Source of the DNA: Verrucomicrobiota bacterium
GTDB lineage: Bacteria > Verrucomicrobiota > Verrucomicrobiia > Limisphaerales > SXQI01
DNA length: 64,000 nucleotides
Assembly (NCBI GenBank): GCA_033762115.1
Contig: JANRLX010000103.1
Span: 25,886 to 89,885 of the forward strand
Direction of reading: 5' to 3'
Below, one piece after another: positions 1-8,737 of this stretch (position 1 is its first letter; each line of letters opens with the position of its first letter). Both the position numbers and the translations under genes were made by a program. The notes below the pieces were generated by a model. That model did no database searches. It was not told the DNA's origin and was given only the letters and a program-made list of their open reading frames with translations.

Positions 1-718
1 CATCTCGCATACTCTGAGGCGTTATCTTACGGATCGGCGCGGGAAATGGACGCCAGAGCGCGATTTAAGATACGCTTACGACAAGGCATCGGATTTCGCG
101 CCTGGAACGGCGTGGCGCTACTCGACTTCCGGTTACATCCTCGTTGCCATGATTCTGGACAGGATATACGGACGGGATCACTCGCTCGACATTCGCGACC
201 GAATCCTCACGCCTTTAGGACTGTCGAGCACTTTCTGCGAGCTTACCGAGCCTGGGCGCGGCTCACTCGCTCGCGGTTACGAGAACTGGTGGGGACTCTG
301 GTGGACAGATGTCACGGACTGGGCACCGATGACCGGGGCGATGGTCAGTACGGCTCCTGAGCTTGCGAGGTTCATCCGCGCCGTTGTGCGAAATGACGAG
401 TTCCTCGATCCAAAAACACGCTCGGTCGTTTGGGGTAATCGCGACAAAGGCGAACTCCGATACGATTTCGGTATCAGTCTTTCGCGGCCCAATGACAACG
501 CCCCATGGTTTTTCGGGCACACCGGAGCGGCGGCTGGTTACTTGTCGTTCGCATATCACGAACCGGAACACGACATCACGATTGTGTACCTCGCGAACAC
601 CAGCCACATGAAGGCACGTGGCCTTGGAAGACGGAGGCAGGAGTTCACGGACAAGCTGAGCAGCGCGCTTTTTGATCTGTCGCTCAAATCACGATTCCCT
701 AAGGATCAGAGTCATTGA
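1..718 (+). CDS. Serine hydrolase / beta-lactamase-family protein, 5'-truncated by the window edge
   Basis: Frame is open from position 2 (ISHTLRR...FAPGTAWRYSTSGYILVAMILD). Has a Y-S-T variant of YxN, 'GAMVSTAPELARF' and the HTG motif (FFGHTG). Confidence 0.8.
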   Translation, partial: ISHTLRRYLTDRRGKWTPERDLRYAYDKASDFAPGTAWRYSTSGYILVAMILDRIYGRDHSLDIRDRILTPLGLSSTFCELTEPGRGSLARGYENWWGLWWTDVTDWAPMTGAMVSTAPELARFIRAVVRNDEFLDPKTRSVVWGNRDKGELRYDFGISLSRPNDNAPWFFGHTGAAAGYLSFAYHEPEHDITIVYLANTSHMKARGLGRRRQEFTDKLSSALFDLSLKSRFPKDQSH

Positions 719-771
719 CGAAATGAAACACTCCACCGGGCCACCCGCCGAGAGAACCCCACGCGCAACAT

Positions 772-825
772 TCGGATCTCCATCACCAAGTCGGGAACGT
801 CAGTTCCCACGATGGACGAATCCGA
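772..825. terminator. Long imperfect hairpin between convergent genes (possible bidirectional terminator)
   Basis: Nested pairs TCGGAT(772)/ATCCGA(820), TCCATC(779)/GATGGA(811) and GGGAAC(793)/GTTCCC(803). No U-tract. Confidence 0.4.
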
Positions 826-837
826 GCGGAAAGCGGC

Positions 838-2289
838 TTATTGCGCCATCGGCGGAACATCCATCGTCGCGAGCAGGTCACCGGCACTGTTCGTCCAGAC
901 GTGAAACAGTGGAAACCACATCCCATTATCCTTCACAATTTGGATGCTGGATTCCACTCGTTTCCCGTCGGCCAAATCGAGAGCGATCTTCATCCTGACG
1001 GTCGCCTCGTCTTCCACTTTCTGGTCGAGGATGGACAATCCTGTAATCTTCGGTGCGAAGTCCGTCGTGGAAGAAATGAGGTTGGTCATGGATTGATCCA
1101 GAGCTTCCGATACTTCGAGGCCGGGCTGAACCCTCCACCGGACTGCATTTCCGACCAAATCATCCTGACCATATCGTCCGCCCCAGAGGAACGTCTGAAG
1201 AGCATCTTCTGGCTTTTCCAGGCCAACATTTGCCCAGGCTTCCGCTTTAAGAACTTTCGGTGATTGATCGCTGTCGGAACTTTTCGGAACCATTTGGCCG
1301 GAGCGGAGCTTTGCCAATTCCTGGCTTTCCTTTCGCAGCAAACCTACTTCTCCCCGAAGACGGAGCAGTTCCAGGTGATCGGGACGGGACAGGTTGGGCA
1401 CTGGCTTCGCTCCCAGAAGCGCCGATAATCGCTCGTTTTCCGCTCGGAGCGTTTCACTGTGGGCGCGGTAGTCGGATAACGCCTGGTTCTCCTGGCGCAT
1501 GGTGTTGATCTTTTGATGTTGAAGAATCAGCGGAGTGCCGGCCCCAGCTATCGCTAACGCGCAGACTGCCGCAATTTTGAGTTTTGTTGTCATAAAGCCA
1601 ACCACTGCAATTCCACCTGCCGCCGTGGTTCCTATGGCCGCTGTAGTGACGGTGGCCGCCAACGCTGGTGGTAGTGCGTGAACCGTATTCGCGGCAAGCA
1701 AGACTGCCAGGGCGGAGGATGAAAGAGTGATGCCTCGCGCCGTTAAATAGCCTCGTAGCTTTTCCAAAGCTCGATTGATGCGCATCCGGGCCGCGTCTTC
1801 TGTTAATCCGAGCAATTTGGCAACGTTGTTCAGTTCCTCGCCCTGAAAAAACCTTAGAACCAGAGCGTCACGGTCTTTTGCGGAAAGACGGCTCATGGCA
1901 CCATCGAGTACGGGGCGAAGACCCGCCCAATCGCAATCTGGTTCCTCGTCAGAATGTGTCTGGTCGGACATGGCAGCAGCCTTCGCTTCGTATTGCCTGC
2001 GGCGGCGGTTAGCCCGGATCGCGCTGGATGCCGCAAACCGAGTACTCGTGTAGAGCCATCCAGGGAGTGCTTCTCCATTTGCCAGGAGCCGGTCTGCTAA
2101 GGCCGGTGCCTTCTTGGCCAAGCCAGTGAAGACATTCTGTGCAATCTCCTGAGCTAAATGTGATTCTCCATTGACCATCCGAAGGGCCGCTGAATACACG
2201 AGGGGAAGGTGACGTTCAACAAGCACCCTAAAGGCGTCTTCAGTCCCGCTCTTAACATAATCCGCAAGCAGTGCAGCGTCATCGGCCAT
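838..2289 (-). CDS. ECF (sigma-70 family) RNA polymerase sigma factor with transmembrane segment and long C-terminal extension
   Basis: Region 2 (AFRVLVERHLPLVYSAALR...AQEIAQNVF) and region 4 (LSAKDRDALVLRFF...AARMRINRALEKLR), then an Ala-rich/TM stretch, a coiled coil and an extracytoplasmic domain. Confidence 0.9.
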   Translation of the reverse strand: MADDAALLADYVKSGTEDAFRVLVERHLPLVYSAALRMVNGESHLAQEIAQNVFTGLAKKAPALADRLLANGEALPGWLYTSTRFAASSAIRANRRRRQYEAKAAAMSDQTHSDEEPDCDWAGLRPVLDGAMSRLSAKDRDALVLRFFQGEELNNVAKLLGLTEDAARMRINRALEKLRGYLTARGITLSSSALAVLLAANTVHALPPALAATVTTAAIGTTAAGGIAVVGFMTTKLKIAAVCALAIAGAGTPLILQHQKINTMRQENQALSDYRAHSETLRAENERLSALLGAKPVPNLSRPDHLELLRLRGEVGLLRKESQELAKLRSGQMVPKSSDSDQSPKVLKAEAWANVGLEKPEDALQTFLWGGRYGQDDLVGNAVRWRVQPGLEVSEALDQSMTNLISSTTDFAPKITGLSILDQKVEDEATVRMKIALDLADGKRVESSIQIVKDNGMWFPLFHVWTNSAGDLLATMDVPPMAQ

Positions 2290-2362
2290 TTTCAGATCTA
2301 TAGCAGCCGCTCAGGCGCAAACCGAACAAGAATTATTTTGCGCCCCACGCGATTGCCTGCTA

Positions 2363-3187
2363 TCAGAGCCTCGGATCAACAGGTTCGCTTTCAAGGGCCA
2401 AAACGCCGAAGACGCATTCGTGGACGCGGCGGAGTGGTTCGTGGCGGACAAGGCGTTCGAGGGCTTCGATGCCGAGGGCAAACTCGCGCAGGGCGAGTGA
2501 TCGTTTCGCGCCAAGTCCCCGTGACCGCAAGCGTTCTAAGTTCTCAGGCGCGGTGTATTCGGGGCCGTAGATGATGCGCAGGTATTCACGGCCCCGGCAA
2601 TAATGCTTATCGTTGTCGAGCACGGGCAGGAGCACATAAAGATGAGTGAGCAGATTGCGGAGCGCGATGTTCGCTTCGAGGGTAAGGCGGAAGTATCGAC
2701 TCTGTCCCCATTCGGAAAAGTTTTCATCCAGAGGGCGCGGTTCAGCAGTAACTCTGTATCCCAGCGGCTCGAAGAGGCGCTTCAGCAATTCTTCTCCTGC
2801 GTGACAGGGCATTGACGAGATGACCGTTCTCAGCGGGATCGCCGCATCTACCAATTCCGCTCGATCCTTCGCCTTACCGGCCATCGCACTACTGAAAACA
2901 TCGCCAAGCGCGACACTCAGGAACGAGGACGCGACGTACGGCCGGTCATTCACGTACTGCTCCAGCGAGCGGCCTTCACCTGCCGGGCCACGGCGGTTGC
3001 GCACCAACCCCACCGGATCGACTTCAAGGAGCAGAGCGGCAGTGCAAACTTGCTCGGTGGCTTCCGGGTAAAAGACGTGCGCCCGGCCAAAACTCTGTTC
3101 AAAAATGTGAGTTTTGCCTGGATGTTTCCGTAAAAGATGCCCCAAGTCAGTGGCAGGCTGGTACGTTGTGGAGATCGTCAGCAACAT
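2363..3187 (-). CDS. Chimera of the Hen1 N-terminal domain fused in frame to the last ~78 aa of bacterial Pnkp (probable deletion remnant of a hen1-pnkp RNA-repair operon)
   Basis: MLLTISTT..PATDLGHLLRKHP...YVNDRPYVASS...LYVLLPVLDNDKHY is the Hen1 N-terminus. CRGREYLRIIYGPEY...LALREFALG...LALESEPVDPRL is the Pnkp C-terminus. Junction near 2600. Confidence 0.85.
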   Translation of the reverse strand: MLLTISTTYQPATDLGHLLRKHPGKTHIFEQSFGRAHVFYPEATEQVCTAALLLEVDPVGLVRNRRGPAGEGRSLEQYVNDRPYVASSFLSVALGDVFSSAMAGKAKDRAELVDAAIPLRTVISSMPCHAGEELLKRLFEPLGYRVTAEPRPLDENFSEWGQSRYFRLTLEANIALRNLLTHLYVLLPVLDNDKHYCRGREYLRIIYGPEYTAPENLERLRSRGLGAKRSLALREFALGIEALERLVRHEPLRRVHECVFGVLALESEPVDPRL

Positions 3188-3198
3188 CAGCGTGAGGA

Positions 3199-3227
3199 AC
3201 GCTATCCGGCAGCTCCAACTGCGGCAA
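3199..3227 (-). promoter_or_regulatory. Putative sigma-70 promoter of the Hen1-Pnkp chimera
   Basis: Minus strand TTGCCG-N17-TAGCGT, ending 11 nt before the ATG at 3187. Confidence 0.4.
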
Positions 3228-3293
3228 GGTTAGAAAAATCTCCGGAAGGCTTTGCAAAGAAAGGACAAGGTGAAGCAACCGTTCTGAAAAAGT

Positions 3294-3370
3294 TGGAGCG
3301 AGCGAAGGGATTCGAACCCTCGACGTTCACCTTGGCAAGGTGATGCTCTACCAGACTGAGCTACGCTCGC
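3294..3370 (-). tRNA. tRNA-Gly (GCC)
   Basis: Reverse complement GCGAGCGTAGCTCAGTCTGGTAGAGCATCACCTTGCCAAGGTGAACGTCGAGGGTTCGAATCCCTTCGCTCGCTCCA: cloverleaf, anticodon GCC, TTCGAAT T-loop, encoded CCA. Confidence 0.98.
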
Positions 3371-3387
3371 AGCCGATTAACCTCGCA

Positions 3388-3415
3388 ACCATAGAGCACT
3401 GCCGGTCGATTGCAA
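3388..3415 (-). promoter_or_regulatory. Putative sigma-70 promoter of tRNA-Gly
   Basis: Minus strand TTGCAA-N16-TATGGT, ending 17 nt upstream of the tRNA 5' end. Confidence 0.55.
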
Positions 3416-3558
3416 GTGTTGTTTTTCTCTCTCGGTATCGATCTCCACCAGTCCAACCCCGGCCAGCGAGCTGGTTCCGAGACTGACAGGGGTGATGCAG
3501 TCAACCATCGTTACGGTTGGTTTACCGCATGCGGCGGCCAGGTTCGGATATTCAGATC

Positions 3559-4980
3559 TTACCGCACCTGGACAGTGAATCGTTCGGTGTGGATCTGGTT
3601 GTGGAAGCGGGTTTGGAGCCAGATGTGGTACTCGCCTGTCTCGGGAAAGGCATAGGGAAAGCTGAGGTCTTCATCCGGCTTGCCGCAGATGAGGTCGGCG
3701 GGGTTTTGAAACAGTCGCGGGTTTTTCTCGCGTCGGGCAAAGAGTTCCTGTGATTTCATGGAGACGGTTCCCAGTGGGTGCAGATGGGTGAAGACCGCGC
3801 CATCGTGGCGGCGGATGATGGCGTGCCCGTACATGCCCATGTACGGCTGGAGCAGGACGCGGTTGCCCGCACGGTCGTGGACGGTGAAGAGGAGATTGGT
3901 CTGTTCGTTGCGGCGATATTCCTTCTGGGGCAGTTCGAGCCTGAGCAATTTTTCCTCCTGTGAGGTGGCGGTGAAATGGAAGGAATCGTCTTCATCGGAG
4001 AAGGTCACCGGCGCGGAGGGGGAATGGGCAATGGAGACCATGCCGGTCAAGGTTTGGGCAAAACCGCTTTCCTGGGTGATATCCGCATAGAGATGATAAT
4101 CACCGGAAGGAAGCGGCGGGAGGGTTGCGCGGAAGTGGTGTTCTCTGGTTTGCAAGGGGTGGAGATGGGCAAAGGCTTTGGCATCCTCGCGATGGACCAG
4201 GAAGAGGTGCATGAGTTTTCCATGCTCGGGAACGAGGGGTGTGGCATCCTGTTTCCAGCTTTTGGCTTCGATGGCAATTTCCAGTTCAGGTGTTGCGCCG
4301 GGTGTCACGGAAGCTTTGAGGACGCCTGTTTGGAAGAGGCGATTATTCCTGAAATGGCTGTCCACAGTGTCCCACCACCGTTTCCCCACGAGCAGGACGA
4401 GGGTGATGAGGATGGTGGCGATGGTCATTGCGAGCCGGGAACGCAGCAGTTGCGGTGGGGCGGGGAGAGCCGTGGGAGCGAGGGTGCTTTCACGAACGGC
4501 GCCTCCGACGATTGCAATGAGGAGCAGGACCAGAATAGCGCCGACGGTTAAAAAGAGGGTTCCCATCCAGGGGGGCATGGGCTGGCGGGTTTGCGCGATG
4601 GAATTGAGGGGAACGACTGCGGTGCCTTTGCCCTGGTCTGTTTCGACATTGACGAAGACGCTGTAGGCACCGGAATTCATGAGCCAGAGTTGCGCGCTGT
4701 AGAGGTTGCTCGTGCCCTTGACCAGGAGGGCGGGGTCCGGGGGCGGGGCTCCTTTTGTCCCGGCATCCCAGCGAACCGGCAGAACGGAGACTGCGGCTTT
4801 TGCACTGTTCGGAACGCGCACGTTGATGCTGGCCAGTCCGGGGACCACCAATGGAGGGGTGATGCTGACGGTGATCCGGTTGGAGCCAGCCATGCCGTCA
4901 AAGAAAACGTTCGGGCTGCCGATGTGTGCGCTGGCTGGAAGGGAGAGGAGGAGCAGAATCGATAACAGCAGGAATTGCAC
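3559..4980 (-). CDS. Secreted/membrane hypothetical protein with two His-rich (HLHP) Ig-like modules, possibly metal-binding; start GTG 4980 or ATG 5025
   Basis: Signal peptide ending ASA-HIGSP, two central TM helices, repeated motifs HGKLMHLFLV..FAHLHP and YMGMYGHA..FTHLHP. Confidence 0.7.
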   Translation of the reverse strand: MQFLLLSILLLLSLPASAHIGSPNVFFDGMAGSNRITVSITPPLVVPGLASINVRVPNSAKAAVSVLPVRWDAGTKGAPPPDPALLVKGTSNLYSAQLWLMNSGAYSVFVNVETDQGKGTAVVPLNSIAQTRQPMPPWMGTLFLTVGAILVLLLIAIVGGAVRESTLAPTALPAPPQLLRSRLAMTIATILITLVLLVGKRWWDTVDSHFRNNRLFQTGVLKASVTPGATPELEIAIEAKSWKQDATPLVPEHGKLMHLFLVHREDAKAFAHLHPLQTREHHFRATLPPLPSGDYHLYADITQESGFAQTLTGMVSIAHSPSAPVTFSDEDDSFHFTATSQEEKLLRLELPQKEYRRNEQTNLLFTVHDRAGNRVLLQPYMGMYGHAIIRRHDGAVFTHLHPLGTVSMKSQELFARREKNPRLFQNPADLICGKPDEDLSFPYAFPETGEYHIWLQTRFHNQIHTERFTVQVR

Positions 4981-5081
4981 AGGGTTAAGATGCGCGAAAT
5001 TTTCCAAAAGAACAGGTGAATCCATGGTGCGCGCTGGTCAACTTGTCTCTTTTCTGCTTGGCTTTTTGTGTGGGAAAAAAC

Positions 5082-7376
5082 ATGTGTCGGAAATTTCTCC
5101 TTCTTTTGCTTCTGCTCGCTGGCCTTGTCCGGGCCGAGGATGTGACGCCGCAAACTCCCTATCAACCATTGGCGGAGATGCTGGAAACCGTGATCAAGTG
5201 GGAGATGGAGCAAAAGGGAATCGATGGCCTTTCCATTGCGCTGGTGGATGACCAGCAGGTGGTCTGGTCGCGGGGATTCGGCTATGCGGATCGTGAGGAG
5301 AAAAAGTTCGCCTCCGCAGACACGGTTTACCGCGTGGGATCGGTTTCAAAGTTATTCACTGACCTAGTGGTGATGCAAATGGTTCAGCAGGGAAAGGTCA
5401 GCCTCGACACGCCGATCGAGCGTTACATTCCAAAACTGAGGGTGGGTAATTCGTTTGGAACAGCGATCACGATCCGGCAACTGATGTCTCATCGGGCAGG
5501 GATTGTCCGGGAACCGCCGCTGGGAAGTTATTTTGATGCGAGTTCCCCTTCGATTGCCTCAACGGCCCTGAGCCTGAACTCAACCGAACTGATTTATGAG
5601 CCGGGCACAGAAACCAAATATTCGAATGCGGGGATTACACTGCTGGGTTACCTGGTCGAGCAGATGGAACGTCGTTCTTTCGACGATGTGGTGAGGGATG
5701 CCATCCTGGAGCCGTACGGGATGAATTCCAGCGGGTTTGTGATGAGTGAGCGTTTGCGTCGTGAACGTGCGCGGGGAAAAATGTGGACGTTGCATGGAGC
5801 GCAGTTCGATGCGCCGCAATTTGAATTTGGGATCGCACCGGCGGGGAACCTTTACAGCAGCGTCAATGACCTGGCGAAGTTCATGTCCGTGCTGATGAAC
5901 AAGGGTGAGCATCGCAAGCAGCGATTGTTGCGGGAGGATTTGTTGGAGTCGATGTGGGAAGTGCAGTTCGCGGCAAAGGGGCAAAGCAATGGGTTCGGAC
6001 TGGGTTTCGATTTATGGGACCTGGAGGGGCGCAGGGTGATCGGCCATGACGGAGCGGTTTACGGTTTTGCGACGTCGTTCAATTTCATGCCGGACGCAAA
6101 AATCGGCGTGATTGTGGCAGTGAACAAGGACCTGGCGAACAGCACGACGATCCGAATCAGCAGTGAGGCGATGCGTGGGATGCTCGCGATCAAGGCAGGG
6201 AAACCGTTGCGGAAGGCGGAACAGATGCAAGCCCTGACACTGGAGCAAGTCAATGAATTCAAGGGGATTTATTCCGGAACGGATGGGCGCTGGATCGATC
6301 TGCGGCAGACAGGGACAAACCTTTACGCTTTCAATCAAAAGGGTGGGTTTGTCAGTTTTCTTGGAAGGATTGGAAATCAGCTGATCATCGAGGATGGACC
6401 GGAACTGACACTAACGGGCGGTGTCATGAAAATCGGTGATCGCACCCTAAGGAAGAGCTCTTCTCCCGCACCAGCGGTAAAAACAGAGCTGCTGGAGTAC
6501 ATTGGTGAATATGGGCCGGAGCACAATATTCTCTATATTTTTGAGCAGCAGGGTGAGCTTTGGGCATTGATCGAATGGTTTGAATTCAACCCCCTGAAAC
6601 CTGCCGGGCTGGACCGGTTCAAGTTTCCTGAAACCGGTGTGATGTATCGCGGAGAAGAGATCCTGTTCAGCCGTGGCAAGGATGGAAAAGTCAGCGAGGC
6701 AATTGCTGGAGGTGTTGTTTTCAAGCGGCGTGGCGCGTCCGGCGTTTCCTGGCAATCCACGGGAGAGATTTCAAAAATTTTAAAAAAGTCCCTCTATGCC
6801 GACCCACCAAAAGAGGAAGGGGAGTTCAGGAAGCCGGAACTGGTTGAAGTGAAGGATCTCGATCCAACGCTCCGATTGGATGTGCGTTATGCCACGACGA
6901 ATAATTTCCTTGGAACAAGGATTTATGAGACGCCTCGTGTGTTTCTGCAAAAACCGGCGGCTGAAGCGTTGGTGCGGGCGCACCGATCCTTAAAAAAACA
7001 AGGTTATGGATTGCTGCTGCTGGATGGCTACTGTCCCTGGTATGTAACAAAAACTTTTTGGGATGCCACCCCGCCGCGTTACCAGGAGTTCCTGGCTGAT
7101 CCGGCCAAGGGGTCAAGGCATAACCGGGGGGCGGCGATTGACGTGACCCTATTTGATTTGGTGAGCGGAAGGGCAGTTGAAATGCCCAGCGAATATGATG
7201 AGATGACCGCCCGTTCCTACCCTGATTATATCGGAGGCACTTCAGCGCAAAGGAGAGGCAGGGACATTCTTCGTAAAGCCTTGGAACAGGAGTGGTTTAC
7301 AGTTTATCCAGTCGAATGGTGGCACTTCGATTTCAAGGATTGGAAAAAATATCCGATACTGAACCAGAGTTTTTGA
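5082..7376 (+). CDS. Secreted serine hydrolase (beta-lactamase fold) fused to a D-Ala-D-Ala dipeptidase (VanX/DdpX, M15) domain
   Basis: Signal peptide; SVSK (SxxK), YSN and HDG motifs; C-terminal DVRYATTNNF, SRHNRGAAID and EWWHF zinc-dipeptidase motifs. Confidence 0.9.
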   Translation: MCRKFLLLLLLLAGLVRAEDVTPQTPYQPLAEMLETVIKWEMEQKGIDGLSIALVDDQQVVWSRGFGYADREEKKFASADTVYRVGSVSKLFTDLVVMQMVQQGKVSLDTPIERYIPKLRVGNSFGTAITIRQLMSHRAGIVREPPLGSYFDASSPSIASTALSLNSTELIYEPGTETKYSNAGITLLGYLVEQMERRSFDDVVRDAILEPYGMNSSGFVMSERLRRERARGKMWTLHGAQFDAPQFEFGIAPAGNLYSSVNDLAKFMSVLMNKGEHRKQRLLREDLLESMWEVQFAAKGQSNGFGLGFDLWDLEGRRVIGHDGAVYGFATSFNFMPDAKIGVIVAVNKDLANSTTIRISSEAMRGMLAIKAGKPLRKAEQMQALTLEQVNEFKGIYSGTDGRWIDLRQTGTNLYAFNQKGGFVSFLGRIGNQLIIEDGPELTLTGGVMKIGDRTLRKSSSPAPAVKTELLEYIGEYGPEHNILYIFEQQGELWALIEWFEFNPLKPAGLDRFKFPETGVMYRGEEILFSRGKDGKVSEAIAGGVVFKRRGASGVSWQSTGEISKILKKSLYADPPKEEGEFRKPELVEVKDLDPTLRLDVRYATTNNFLGTRIYETPRVFLQKPAAEALVRAHRSLKKQGYGLLLLDGYCPWYVTKTFWDATPPRYQEFLADPAKGSRHNRGAAIDVTLFDLVSGRAVEMPSEYDEMTARSYPDYIGGTSAQRRGRDILRKALEQEWFTVYPVEWWHFDFKDWKKYPILNQSF

Positions 7377-7543
7377 TCGATTCGCGCCAGGCAGTGCCAT
7401 CCTTGGAAGGAAGCAGCCGAAGAAAGGAGCGTGAGGTGCCGATCATGTAGCATTTTTGCTCTTTGCATCGCGGCAATTATATATGGCGGACGATGAACGA
7501 CCGAAAGGGTGATATCATGGATAAATCCCTGCTCGGAACTCGC

Positions 7544-7571
7544 TTGACCCCTGTAGGCAAGCTGTTATAAC
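7544..7571 (+). promoter_or_regulatory. Sigma-70 promoter of the HU gene
   Basis: TTGACC-N16-TATAAC with extended -10 TG. Confidence 0.65.
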
Positions 7572-7620
7572 GCCAAACGATAGCGCGTCGGGATGTCGGT
7601 CAACTTAATCAACCCAGCCT

Positions 7621-7989
7621 ATGACAAAGCGTGACTTGGTCGTTCGGATCAGCGAGGAAAGCGGAATAGTTCAACAACAGGTCCTCGAAGTGGTTCAAAA
7701 AACTTTGGATTACATTGCCGAGGCAGTGGCCAAGGGAAAAAAAGTTGAACTGCGAAATTTCGGCGTTTTTGAAGTTAAAGTCCGCAAGGCGCGGGTTGGC
7801 CGCAATCCCAATTCCCCCGCTGCTGATGTTCCAATTCCTCCCCGGGCAGTGGTCAAATTCAAACCTGGCAAGGAGATGCGCGAAGCAGTCCTCAAGCTGA
7901 CGCCGCAGGATATCCAGAAAGCTGAAGCGGAACAGGCTGCCCAGGCTTCACAGACCGGGGTCAACAACGGCAGTTCGGTTCAATTGTAA
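7621..7989 (+). CDS. HU/IHF-family DNA-binding protein
   Basis: MTKRDLV...VELRNFGVFEVKVRKARVGRNP...VVKFKPGKEM. Confidence 0.95.
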   Translation: MTKRDLVVRISEESGIVQQQVLEVVQKTLDYIAEAVAKGKKVELRNFGVFEVKVRKARVGRNPNSPAADVPIPPRAVVKFKPGKEMREAVLKLTPQDIQKAEAEQAAQASQTGVNNGSSVQL

Positions 7990-8055
7990 TCGAATTGCAG
8001 GCAGCGCTTGCCTTGACTCGGTGGCCGGACCCTGATTGCATGGGATTCACTCCAT

Positions 8056-8673
8056 ATGATCAAGTCTCTTCAATTGCCGCTCCTGATTTGTTTCACCGGT
8101 TTGCTGCATGCTGCTGAAACGAAAATTTTCGATGGCAAAACCTTCCGGGGTTGGGAGGGGGACACCAACAAGACCTTTAAAATAATCGATGGGGCCATTG
8201 TCGGCGGCACGTTGAAGGAGCCGATTCCACGCAATGAATTCCTTTGCACCACGAGGAGCTACACCAACTTTGTGCTCAAGCTGAAATTCAAGCTTGTCGG
8301 TAAAGGTGCCAATGCCGGAATCCAGTTCCGCACGAAACGAATTCCCAATCATCATGAGGTCAGCGGGTATCAGGCGGACATGGGTGACCCTGAATGGTGG
8401 GGGTGCCTTTACGATGAATCGCGCCGAAATAAAATCCTCGCAAAATCGGACATGAGCAAAATCAAGCCGGTGTTTCACCCGGAGGATTGGAATGAATATG
8501 TGATTCGCGCGGAGGGAGACCGGATTCAACTTTTCATCAACGGGGTGCAAACGGTTGATTACACTGAAAAAGAGGAAGGGATCGAGAAGAGCGGGGTGAT
8601 CGCGGTGCAGATTCATTCCGGGCCGCCGAGCGAAGCCTGGTACAAAGAGATCACCATTGAGGAACTGCCGTAA
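8056..8673 (+). CDS. DUF1080 (3-keto-disaccharide hydrolase-like) secreted protein
   Basis: IFDGKTFRGW, NFVLKLKFK, NAGIQFR, GYQAD, WNEYVI, GVIAVQIH. Confidence 0.9.
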   Translation: MIKSLQLPLLICFTGLLHAAETKIFDGKTFRGWEGDTNKTFKIIDGAIVGGTLKEPIPRNEFLCTTRSYTNFVLKLKFKLVGKGANAGIQFRTKRIPNHHEVSGYQADMGDPEWWGCLYDESRRNKILAKSDMSKIKPVFHPEDWNEYVIRAEGDRIQLFINGVQTVDYTEKEEGIEKSGVIAVQIHSGPPSEAWYKEITIEELP

Positions 8674-8737
8674 CCGTTCCAAAAAGGGGCTCCATTTGTA
8701 ATGTCCGGTTTTCACATTTTTCTTAAAATGAACTGAT

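Noticed and set aside
763..846. GCGCAA...TTGCGC-flanked hairpin as an integron attC site
   Set aside because: The ends do not fit RYYYAAC/GTTRRRY, the genes are convergent rather than tandem, and there is no integrase or second site.
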